A stretch of 64,000 bases of DNA, from positions 219,725 through 283,724 of the forward strand of contig CAVZSF010000005.1 in NCBI GenBank assembly GCA_963777895.1, written 5' to 3'. Position numbers and translations under genes: made by a program. The notes beneath the pieces were generated by a model. That model was not told where the DNA came from. It saw only the letters and a list, made by a program, of their open reading frames with translations, and did no database searches. Positions 52,166 through 61,035 of this stretch are shown here, piece after piece; positions within the stretch are counted from its first letter, which is position 1, and each line of letters opens with the position of its first letter. This DNA is from an uncultured Thermoleophilia bacterium (lineage in GTDB: Bacteria > Actinomycetota > Thermoleophilia > UBA2241).

Positions 52166-53263
52166 AGGTCATGACCGTCCTGGGGACGCGGCCGGAGATC
52201 ATCCGGCTGAGCCGCGTCATCGAGCAGCTCGACCGGCTCTGCGACCACGTCCTCGTGCACACCGGCCAGAACTTCGACCCGGCGCTGAGCGACGTCTTCT
52301 TCGACGAGCTCGGGGTCCGCAAGCCGGACCACCACCTGGGCGTCAGGGCGTCCGAGCTTCGCGGCGCAGGTCGGGCAGATCCTCGAGGGCTGCGAGCGGG
52401 TGTTCCTCGACGAGCGGCCCGACGCGGTGCTGATCCTGGGCGACACCAACAGCGGCCTGTGCAGCGTCGTCGCCAAGCGGCTCGGCATCCCCGTCTACCA
52501 CATGGAGGCCGGCAACCGCTGCTACGACGACCGGGTGCCCGAGGAGGTCAACCGGCGGGTCATCGACCACTCGAGCATCGGTGCTGATGCCGTACACGCA
52601 GCGCAGCAAGGAGAACCTGCTGCGCGAGGGCATCGCGGCGCAGCGCATCTTCGTGACCGGCAACCCGATCCACGAGGTGCTCGACGCACTACGACGAGCG
52701 GATCGCGGCGTCCGACGTGCACGAGCGCCTCGGGCTCGAGCCCGGCGGCTACTTCCTGGTGACCATGCACCGCGCCGAGAACGTGGACGTCGAGGCGCGG
52801 CTGCGGCGCCTGACCGAGGCGCTTGGCGCTGGTGCGACGCGGGCGTACGGGCTGCCGGTCGTCTGCAGCCTGCATCCGCGCACGCGGCGACAAGATGCGC
52901 GCCTTCGGGCTCGACGTCCGCCGGCGCGGCGACGTCCGCTACCTCGAGCCGCTCGGCCTCTTCGACTTCGTCGCGCTCGAGCGGCGCGCCCGCTGCGTGC
53001 TCTCCGACAGCGGGACGGTGCAGGAGGAGTGCTGCATCTTCCGCGTGCCGACCGTGACGATCCGCGACGTGACCGAGCGGCCCGAGACGATCGAGTGCGG
53101 CAGCAACATCCTGTCGGGCGCCGACCCGGAGCGCGTGCTCGCCTGCGTGGCGACCGTGCTCGACCGGCCTCCGGACTGGGAGCCGCCGCCCGAGTATCTG
53201 GTGCGTGACGTCTCCACGACGGTGGCCCGGATCGTGCTCGGTTACGCGCACGAAGCCACCTGA
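52162..53263 (+). pseudogene. UDP-N-acetylglucosamine 2-epimerase family (WecB/CapG/FnlC/WbvD-like), about six frameshifts
   Basis: Fragments: MKVMTVLGTRPEIIRLS..HTGQNFD / FAAQVGQILEGCERVFLDERPDAVLILGDTNSGL..AGNRCYDDRVPEEVNRRVIDH / LMPYTQRSKENLLREGI / TMHRAENVD / SDSGTVQEECCIFRVPTVTIRDVTERPE. They occur in alternating frames. Confidence 0.8.
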
Positions 53264-53268
53264 GGGGG

Positions 53269-54580
53269 ATGGCGCAGGTGACGGCGGCACCGCAGGGGCA
53301 CCTGCGCGTCCTCATCGCCGGGGAGCGGTTCGCCTACCCCCACGGCTTCGGCGCCACCGCCAGGGTGGCCGCCTATGCGCGAGGGCTCCAGGAGGCGGGC
53401 GCGGAGGCTCGTGTCGTGAGCCTTCTGCCTCCATCGCCCGCGGGCACGGGGTCGAAGGAGGGCGCGGCGGGCGTGGACCACGGCGTGCCCTTCGAATACG
53501 CATGCGGAACCCGCGAGCGCGCTGCCTCGTTCGCGGGACGCAGATGGCTCGAGATCCGCCGGCTCATCCGCCTCTGGACCGTTGCGGGCGACCTGTTCGC
53601 CGGCGAGGCCGGGCGGGGAGCGATCATCGCCTACACGAACGCGCCCGGATGGATCGCCTTCATGGCGCTCGTCGCCAAGGCCCGCGGGGCGGTGTGCCTC
53701 GTCGAGCTCTGCGAGCTGCCGTTCGTCTACGAGTCCAGCCCGGCCAAGCGGGCCGTGAACCGCTGGCTGCTCGACAGGATCGCCTACAGGCTGGTGGACG
53801 GCTTCATCACCATCTCCAGCGAACTGGAGCGCTACGTCGAGGAGCACGCGCCGGGCGTCCCGTGCCTGCGCGTGCCGATCCTGGTGATCGCATCCGAGTT
53901 CGAGCGACGATGCGGCGCCCGATCGCGGCGAGCGCGCCGATGAGGATGCGGCCGTGCCGGCGGCACGGCCGCGGCAGGTCGTCTACACGGGAGACCTGGG
54001 TCATCAGGGCGAGATCATGGACCTCCTGATGGCCTTTGCGCGCGTGGCGCCGTCTCGCCCGGACGTCGTCCTCACGCTCGTCGGTGCGGCGCGCCGGGAG
54101 CTGCGAGCCCAGATCGAAGCGCGTGCCGCCGAGCTGGGCCTGGCGGAACGGATCGTCTTGACCGGCCACGTGGAACGGACCCGCCTGCCCGGGATCCTGG
54201 GCGCGGCGAGCGCGCTCGTCCTGCTCCGCCGCGACGCCGAGTTCTCGAGGGCCGGCCTGCCGACGAAGCTGGCCGAGTACCTGGCGAGCGGCAGGCCGGT
54301 GGTCGTCACCGCGATCGGCGACATCCCCCTGTACCTGACCGACGGCGTCGACGCCTATCTCACGCCGCCGGAGGATGCCGGGCTGTTCGCCGAGAAGCTG
54401 GGCTTCGTCCTCGACCATGAGGCGGAGGCGGCCGCGGTCGGAGACCGCGGCCGCCAGACGGCGCTCCGTGAGTTCGACCATCGCCGGCACGGCGAGCGCC
54501 TCAGTGCGTTCATCGCCGGCCTCCATCAGGGCCGCGGCGTCCCGGCGGGACGCACCACGGCTGACCCGCGCAAGGGTTGA
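53269..54580 (+). pseudogene. family 4 (GT-B) glycosyltransferase; one frameshift
   Basis: ORFs 53269..53943 and 53954..54580 are colinear (…RVPILV / …VVYTGDLGHQGEIMDLL…LTGHV…AGLPTKLAEYLASGRPVV). The shift lies near 53905. Confidence 0.7.
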
Positions 54581-54629
54581 GCGCCATGGCCGACCCGCAC
54601 CTGGCTGAGCATCATGACTGACGTGCGCA

Positions 54630-56381
54630 ATGGCTAGCCTCATCGTCGTCTGTACTCGCGAGCCCGGCGAGCGCCGCGATCTCGCGGCAGACCTGCGACG
54701 CTGCGCCGCGGCGCTCGCCCCGGACAACATCACGCCGCATCCTCCCGTCATCCAGCAGCACGGGGACTTGGGGATCGCGGTCGTCAACCCCGTCCCCGGC
54801 ATCGCTGTACGCGACGAGGGCGTGTGCCTCGGCCGGATCTTCGGTCCCCCCGGGGAGTGGTCGACGACGGGCGCGCCGGCGCCGGACGGCAACTTCGCGA
54901 TCATGCGCCACGATCGCCGCACCGTGGAGGTGCTCACCGACATCCTCGCCACGCGGCAGCTCTGGTACGTCCACACGCCCGAGCTCTTCGCCGCATCGAC
55001 GACGCAGCGGGCCCTGATCATGCTGCTGCGCTCGTTCGACCTGGACCAGGAGACGGTGGCGTGGATGGTCGCTTCGGGTCATTTGGCCTGCCGGTCCTGG
55101 GACGGCCGCCTGCGGTTGCTGCCCGGCGACGCCCGGCTGACCCTCGACCGCGAGCGCTGGACCGTGCAGATCCACGAACGGCCGGCCGACAGGTCGGTCC
55201 CCGGCGTGAGCGACGCGGAGCACATCGATCGCCTCGAGCAGGCCATCCTGGCGACGTGCGCCCGTCTGGACCTGCCGCCGGACCAGTGGGTCCTGCCGCT
55301 CTCGGGCGGCCTCGACAGCCGCATGCTGCTCATCGGACTGGCACGCGCCGACCAGAGGCCGCGCTGCGTGACATGGGGGCTGCGCGCTTCCCTCCTCGAC
55401 GCAGAGAACGATGCGTTCATCGCCCGTGAGCTCGCCGGACGGTACGGGTGTCAGCACGAGTACTGCTGCACCGATGAGGCCTGCGAGTCGATCGAGACGG
55501 CCATGCGACGCTTCATCGCGACCTCCGAAGGCCAGACGCGGGACTTCAATGGCTACACCGACGGCCTGGCGACATGGAAGGCGTTCTTCGAGGGCGGCGT
55601 CGCGGGCGTCATCCGCGGCGACGAGCCGGGCCTCGGGTACTTCACCTGCTACGACTCGGAGGAGCAGATCCTGCGACGGCAGCAGCTCACGCTGGTCTCG
55701 GACTACCCGGAGGGACATCCGATCCACCGGCTGGGGCTCGCCGGCCAGCATCTGGGCGCGCGGCGGGAGCGGCGCGAGAGCGAGAACCTTGCGTCCTGGT
55801 CGATCCGGCTGAACGAGGAGTCGTACAGCCCCTCCACCATCGCTCCGCTGAACACCATCAAGGCCGCCTACGTCGAGATCGTCAACCCCCTTCAGTCGAG
55901 GCTCGTCACAGAGGCGGCGCGGCAGCTGCCGGACCACCTGCGGCGGGGCCGTGCGTCGCTGACCGCGATCGTGCGGCGGACCGGACCGGACATCCCGCTC
56001 GCAAAGAGGGGGGCGCTCGGCACGACGCCGGCGTTCTACGCCGACGAAGGCGGCATGAGAGCGATGACGGCCGCCCTGTCGGCCGACGCTGCCGAGCTGG
56101 TCTTCTCGCGCCCTGCCCTGGACGTGGTCCTCGAGGGGCTGAGAGCCGCGCTCCCGGTGCCTCCGCACCACGGCTCGCCAAAGCGCTGGATCAAGGCAGC
56201 AGTGCCGAAGCGCGTCGTCGAGAAGGTGCGGCCAGTCTGGCCACTGCGGCTGGGCCCCCGCGAGCTAGCTTTTCGGACCTACCTGGCGGTGCGCGCCGCG
56301 AGCATGCTGGCCGGTGACGCCGAGGTCCTGGGCGGACCAGGCTCGGACCGTCATCCCGCGGGAGGCTGTGCGGATGGCTAG
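54630..56381 (+). CDS. asparagine synthase (AsnB)-like PP-loop ATP pyrophosphatase lacking the N-terminal Cys nucleophile, copy 1
   Basis: PLSGGLDSRMLL (SGGxDS PP-loop) at the expected mid-protein position. The N-terminus is MASLIVV (no Cys2). About 580 aa. Confidence 0.7.
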   Translation: MASLIVVCTREPGERRDLAADLRRCAAALAPDNITPHPPVIQQHGDLGIAVVNPVPGIAVRDEGVCLGRIFGPPGEWSTTGAPAPDGNFAIMRHDRRTVEVLTDILATRQLWYVHTPELFAASTTQRALIMLLRSFDLDQETVAWMVASGHLACRSWDGRLRLLPGDARLTLDRERWTVQIHERPADRSVPGVSDAEHIDRLEQAILATCARLDLPPDQWVLPLSGGLDSRMLLIGLARADQRPRCVTWGLRASLLDAENDAFIARELAGRYGCQHEYCCTDEACESIETAMRRFIATSEGQTRDFNGYTDGLATWKAFFEGGVAGVIRGDEPGLGYFTCYDSEEQILRRQQLTLVSDYPEGHPIHRLGLAGQHLGARRERRESENLASWSIRLNEESYSPSTIAPLNTIKAAYVEIVNPLQSRLVTEAARQLPDHLRRGRASLTAIVRRTGPDIPLAKRGALGTTPAFYADEGGMRAMTAALSADAAELVFSRPALDVVLEGLRAALPVPPHHGSPKRWIKAAVPKRVVEKVRPVWPLRLGPRELAFRTYLAVRAASMLAGDAEVLGGPGSDRHPAGGCADG

Positions 56382-58095
56382 CCTCGTAGTCCTCGCCGTT
56401 CGGCAGGCCGGCGCGTGGCCGGACATGGCGGGTGACCTGCGGCGATGCGCCGCCGCCCTGGCCCCGGACAACATCGAGCCTCGCCCGCCGATCGTCGCGG
56501 ACCACGGCTGGGTCGCCACCGCGCTTGCCAACCCCGTACCGGGTATCGCCGGCAGGGATGAAGGCCTCTGCCTTGGGCGTGTCTTCGGCGCGCCCGGGGA
56601 GTGGTGGCGGCCTGGAGCTGGGGCGCCAGACGGCAACTACGTCATCGTCCGTCACGACGAGCGCGTCCTCGAGCTCCTCACCGACGTCCTCGGGACGCGC
56701 CAGCTCTGGTACATCCACGCTCCCGACCTCTTCGCCGCGTCCACATCTCAGCGGGCGCTCGTCATGCTCCTGCGATCGTTCGAGCTCGACCCAGAAGCGG
56801 TCGCCTGGATGCTGACCAGCGGGCATCTCGCCGGCCGGGCCTGGGACGCCAGGGTGCGACGACTGCGCGGGGACTGCCGCCTGTCGCTCGATCGCGATAG
56901 CTGGCGCATCCAGATCCACGAACGTCCGGCGGTCAGAGAGCCTCAGGCGCTTGCCGAGGCGGAGCACATCGACCTCCTCCGGGAGGCCATCCTCGAGACC
57001 TGCGCCGCTCTCGACCTGCCGGAGCAGGAATGGGTCCTGCCCCTGTCGGGCGGCCTCGACAGCCGCATGCTTCTCCTCGGCCTGCTCGAGGCGGGCAAGC
57101 GGCCGCGCTGCGTCACCTGGGGCCAGCGTTCGTCGCTGCTCGATCCGACGAACGACGCCTTCATCGCCACGGAGCTGGCGCGACGCTACGCACTGGACCA
57201 CACCTATCGGGCGACCGACGACGTTCGCGAGGGACTGGATGTAGCCCTCCGCCGCTTCGTCGCGGGGTCGGAGGGCCAGACCCGCGATTTCGGAGGCTAT
57301 GCCGACGGCATGGCGATGTGGAAGGCGTTCTTCGACGAAGGGGTCGCCGGGGTGATCCGCGGCGACGAGCCCGCGATGGGCTACTGGGAGCACTACGACT
57401 CGGAGAGCGAGATACTTCGGCGGCGACGCATCACCCTCGCCGGGGAGTACCCCGACGGTCACGCCGTCCGCCGCCTCGGGCTCGTCCCTCAGCATGTGGA
57501 CGAGCGCCTTCAGCGGCACGGCGGCGAGACGCTCGCTTCCTGGGACGCGCGCATCTATGAGGAGGTCTTCTACCCCTCCGCTCTCGCCCCGCTGAACGCG
57601 CTCAAGACGGCCTACGTGGAGATCGTGAATCCCCTCCAGTCGCGGCGGGTGACGGAGGTCACCCGCCGCCTCCCGGACCACCTCCGGGTCAAGCGCAAGC
57701 CCCTCAGGACCATCGTCGCGAAGCTGGGCCCCGACCTGCCGCTGGCGAAGACGGGGGCGCTCGCCGGCGCCCCGGCGCTCTGGCGCGACGCCGCGGCCGT
57801 CGCCGCCATCAGTACGGCGCTCAACGCGGATACGGCAGAACGCGTCCTCGACCGCCCGGCTCTCGACCTCATCCTGGCCGCCATCGCGCGTAAGCCGGCC
57901 GGACAGGCGCACGGCCGCAGGGCCGCGGGTCTGGCGAAGAAGGTGCTGCCTCGCCGTCTGTCGAACAGGCTGCGCCCGCTCTCGCCGCCAAGGCTGGGCG
58001 GGCGCGAGCTTGCCTTCCGGACCTACATCGCGGTCGAGATGGCCGACCTGCTCAGCAGGGACGCGGGCCTGCTGGCGCGGGGACGCGCGCGATGA
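56374..58095 (+). CDS. asparagine synthase (AsnB)-like PP-loop ATP pyrophosphatase lacking the N-terminal Cys nucleophile, copy 2 (tandem paralogue)
   Basis: Colinear with copy 1 over the full length (MASLVVLAV..., TRQLWY.H.P.LFAAST.QRAL.MLLRSF.LD, PLSGGLDSRMLL, VEIVNPLQSR). The start overlaps the end of copy 1 by 8 nt. Confidence 0.7.
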   Translation: MASLVVLAVRQAGAWPDMAGDLRRCAAALAPDNIEPRPPIVADHGWVATALANPVPGIAGRDEGLCLGRVFGAPGEWWRPGAGAPDGNYVIVRHDERVLELLTDVLGTRQLWYIHAPDLFAASTSQRALVMLLRSFELDPEAVAWMLTSGHLAGRAWDARVRRLRGDCRLSLDRDSWRIQIHERPAVREPQALAEAEHIDLLREAILETCAALDLPEQEWVLPLSGGLDSRMLLLGLLEAGKRPRCVTWGQRSSLLDPTNDAFIATELARRYALDHTYRATDDVREGLDVALRRFVAGSEGQTRDFGGYADGMAMWKAFFDEGVAGVIRGDEPAMGYWEHYDSESEILRRRRITLAGEYPDGHAVRRLGLVPQHVDERLQRHGGETLASWDARIYEEVFYPSALAPLNALKTAYVEIVNPLQSRRVTEVTRRLPDHLRVKRKPLRTIVAKLGPDLPLAKTGALAGAPALWRDAAAVAAISTALNADTAERVLDRPALDLILAAIARKPAGQAHGRRAAGLAKKVLPRRLSNRLRPLSPPRLGGRELAFRTYIAVEMADLLSRDAGLLARGRAR

Positions 58096-59348
58096 AGTTC
58101 TGCATCGTCTATCCATATGCGACCTGGCTCTCGGGCAAGCCGTGTGGGGGCGCCGAGAAGCAGGTCGGCCTGCTGGCGCAGCATCTGGCGCGCCGCGGCA
58201 ACGAGGTCACCTTCGTCACGCTGGACCACCGCGGCCCCGAGCGGGTGGTGGACGGCGTGCGCATCCGGCTGCCGTGGGAGCACGGGAAGGGGCTGCCGGT
58301 CCTGCGCCTGGTCACGCGGAAGCTCCCCGGGCTGAGGCGGCTGCTCGCGGAGATCGACGCGGACGCCTACTACGTGCGCGGCGCTCAGGCCCTCGCGCGC
58401 TGGGTCGTCGCCGGGGCGCACGCGGCCGATGCGCCGGCGCTGCTCGCTCTGGCCAGTGACCGCAACCTGCTGCCCGAGTCAGGTCGCCAGCTCGTCCCGC
58501 ACGGGGAAGGTCTGCTGGGCAGCGCGACGGGACCTCTTGCATGGCTGCTGTTGCAGCGCCCTGCCCTGCGCACTGCCGACATGGTCGTCGCACAGAACGA
58601 GGAGCAGGCGGAGCGCTGCCGCGCCATGGGCCTGCCCAGCACGCTCATCCCGAGCATCGTCGAACCACCGCCGGCGGAGCTCCTGGAGGCCGCCCTCGAC
58701 TACGACATCTTCTGGGCGGCCAACGTCCACAACGCGGCCAGGCGGGGGAAGGGCGTGGAGCCCCTGCTCGCCCTGGTGCGCGCCGTTCCCGGCGCCCGCT
58801 TCGCCGTCGTGGGTGCGCTGAAGGACGCCTCGCTGGCCGCTCTTCTCCCCGGCCTCGAAGCCGCGTCCAACGTCAGGCTGTTCGGCAAGCTCGGGTACGG
58901 GGAGGCGCAGAACGTCCTCGCCCGCAGTCGCCTCGTGTTGAACACCTCGCCGGTCGAGGGGTTCTCGAACGTGATGCTGGAGGGGTGGGCGCTGGGCAAG
59001 CCGGCAGTGACGCTGGCGGTGAATCCGAGCGGGCTGCTGGCCTCGGGGCGGTGGGCGTCGGGCGACGACCGGGGACCGGGCTACAAGGAAGGCCTGGGCG
59101 TCTGTGCCGGCGGCGATCCCGGCCTGTTGTCGCGGCTTGTCGCCGAGGCGCTAGCGCAGGAGACGGCGGTGCGGGACGCGGGACGGCGCTGCCGGGCTTA
59201 CGTCGCCGAGACCCACGAGCCCGACGCCGTCTGTGCCCGCTACGAGGCGCTCGTGGCTTCATCTCGCTACACCGCTAGGCTCGATGTGCCGATACGGGAC
59301 GCGGGAGAGGCTGCAGGGCTTGTACCTCGGCGCTCGAATGAGCGGTAG
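58092..59348 (+). CDS. family 4 (GT-B) glycosyltransferase
   Basis: MKFCIVYPY....GGAEKQVGLLAQHLARRGNEVTFV and the C-terminal SPVEGFSNVMLEGWALGKPAV region. ATGA overlap with the upstream gene. Confidence 0.7.
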   Translation: MKFCIVYPYATWLSGKPCGGAEKQVGLLAQHLARRGNEVTFVTLDHRGPERVVDGVRIRLPWEHGKGLPVLRLVTRKLPGLRRLLAEIDADAYYVRGAQALARWVVAGAHAADAPALLALASDRNLLPESGRQLVPHGEGLLGSATGPLAWLLLQRPALRTADMVVAQNEEQAERCRAMGLPSTLIPSIVEPPPAELLEAALDYDIFWAANVHNAARRGKGVEPLLALVRAVPGARFAVVGALKDASLAALLPGLEAASNVRLFGKLGYGEAQNVLARSRLVLNTSPVEGFSNVMLEGWALGKPAVTLAVNPSGLLASGRWASGDDRGPGYKEGLGVCAGGDPGLLSRLVAEALAQETAVRDAGRRCRAYVAETHEPDAVCARYEALVASSRYTARLDVPIRDAGEAAGLVPRRSNER

Positions 59349-59409
59349 ACTCGTGTACGTCTCGCGCCCAGCTCGAATGGGTAGCTTAGGTAGGATCTAG
59401 GAGGAGTCC

Positions 59410-61035
59410 GTGGCGGTGGAGCAAGGCGGTCCCCAGGACGTCAGCCTGCGCGAGTACGCGCGTGTCGTCTGGCGGCGCAAGTGGGTCGTCGTCGCCGTGA
59501 CCGTCGTCGTGCTCGTGCTGGCGCTCGCCAACTCCTATCGCAAGACGCCTCTGTACGCGGCGTCGGCGACCTTGATCTACGAGCCCTCGGTCGACGTGAC
59601 CGATCCCCTTTCCGGCAGCGGCTACTACAGCACCTCACAACGGGAGAGCGAGCTCAACGCCGTGGGCAGCATCATCGCCAGCCCCGAGCTCGTCGAGGCC
59701 GCCAGGCAGGGCATGAGCTCCGACACGAAGAAGTCCGGCTACACGGTCTCGGCCTCGTCGTCGTCCTCGTCGGGGCAGTCGAGCGACTCGACCGTGGCGA
59801 TCAAAGCCGTGAGCGCCAGCCCCAAGGCCGCGGCGGAGGCGTCCAACGCGTACGCCGATGCCTTCGTCGCCTATCGCAAGACGCAGCAGCAGGAGCAGGT
59901 GCGACAGGCCGAGGAAGTGATCCAGGGCAAGCTCGACTCCTTCACGACCGAGGCCGGGCGGCAGTCGGCGGAGTATCTCTCGCTCGCAAGCCGCCTGCAG
60001 GAGCTCCAGATCCTCGAGGCCACGGTGACCGGCAACTTCCGCAAGCTCGTGCCGGCCACCGCTCCGAGCGCGCCCTTCTCGCCGAACCCGACGCGCAGCG
60101 CGGCGATGGGTCTTGTCGCAGGGTTCGTGCTCGGCGTCGGCCTCGCTCTGCTGCTCGAACAGTTCGACACACGGGTGCGCAACGCCGACGCTGCCGCCGC
60201 CATCTTCGGCATGCCGGTGCTGGGCACCGTCCGCAAGCTGTCCGTGAAGGAGCTGGGGTCGCAACCGCTCATGGTGCTCGGCGACCCGCACGGCCCGGCA
60301 GCCGAGGCCATCCGCAAGCTGCGCGGCAGCCTCGATTTCGCCAACGTGGACGGCGACTTGAGGTCGCTGTTCATCACCAGCGCCCTCCAGCACGAGGGCA
60401 AGAGCCTGACCGTGTGCAACCTGGCACTGTCGCTGGCCGCGACGGGCACGAAGGTCGTGCTCGTGGACGGCGACCTCCGCCGGCCGCAGGTCCATGTCTA
60501 CCTCGACCTGCCCAACAGGACGGGGCTGTCGACCGTGCTGACGGGCAAGACCGATCTGCTCGACGCGGTGCAGACCCGTACCGTGGGGCCGCGGGTGACC
60601 GCGCTGACGAAGGCCGGCAACGTCGACGTGCCCATGGGCGGCGAGCGCCTGCACGTTCTCACCAGCGGCCCGGTGCCGCCCAACCCCGCGGAGATCATCG
60701 CCTCGAGGAGCTTCGCGACGATGATGGACGAGCTGCAGGCCAACTTCGAGATGGTGCTCGTCGACGCGCCGTCGATCCTCGCCGTGGGCGACACGGCCGC
60801 GATCGCCCGGTCCGTCGACGGGCTCGCGATACTGATCGACCTCACCAGGGCCAAGCGGCCGATCCTCGAAGAGGCGGCTCGCCAGATCGGGCAGATGCCC
60901 TGCCGGAAGGTCGGGCTCATCCTGGTCAGCCAGGCGACCAGCGAGTCGTACTCGACCTACTACAGCCGCGGCGAGTCGCCGCTCGACGCGGTCAGCGGTA
61001 ACGGCGGCCGGCGCGGCAAGAAGGTGACGGCCTAG
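59410..61035 (+). CDS. polysaccharide co-polymerase (Wzz domain) fused to bacterial tyrosine autokinase (Wzc/CapAB-like)
   Basis: Preceded by an AGGAGG SD. The N-terminal LREYARVVWRRKWVVVAV TM helix, a coiled region and a second TM helix (AAMGLVAGFVLGVGLALLL). Kinase Walker A SALQHEGKS, A' VLVDGDLRRP, B MVLVDAPS. C-terminal Tyr cluster SYSTYYS. Confidence 0.85.
   Translation: MAVEQGGPQDVSLREYARVVWRRKWVVVAVTVVVLVLALANSYRKTPLYAASATLIYEPSVDVTDPLSGSGYYSTSQRESELNAVGSIIASPELVEAARQGMSSDTKKSGYTVSASSSSSSGQSSDSTVAIKAVSASPKAAAEASNAYADAFVAYRKTQQQEQVRQAEEVIQGKLDSFTTEAGRQSAEYLSLASRLQELQILEATVTGNFRKLVPATAPSAPFSPNPTRSAAMGLVAGFVLGVGLALLLEQFDTRVRNADAAAAIFGMPVLGTVRKLSVKELGSQPLMVLGDPHGPAAEAIRKLRGSLDFANVDGDLRSLFITSALQHEGKSLTVCNLALSLAATGTKVVLVDGDLRRPQVHVYLDLPNRTGLSTVLTGKTDLLDAVQTRTVGPRVTALTKAGNVDVPMGGERLHVLTSGPVPPNPAEIIASRSFATMMDELQANFEMVLVDAPSILAVGDTAAIARSVDGLAILIDLTRAKRPILEEAARQIGQMPCRKVGLILVSQATSESYSTYYSRGESPLDAVSGNGGRRGKKVTA

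Larger units (their letters stand above)
54630..58095 (+). repeat. tandem gene duplication (two diverged AsnB-like genes)
   Basis: Full-length protein colinearity. Identity is roughly 60% by eye (not computed). Confidence 0.6.

Noticed and set aside
54630-58095. AsnB-like pair as lasso-peptide cyclases.
   Set aside because: No transglutaminase-like B protease, PqqD-like RRE or short precursor ORF is adjacent. The context is entirely glycan biosynthesis.
61032-61035. Convergent genes (wzc and the CelD-like gene) share a palindromic CTAG, so that both stop codons overlap.
   Set aside because: A curiosity with no functional implication that I can support.
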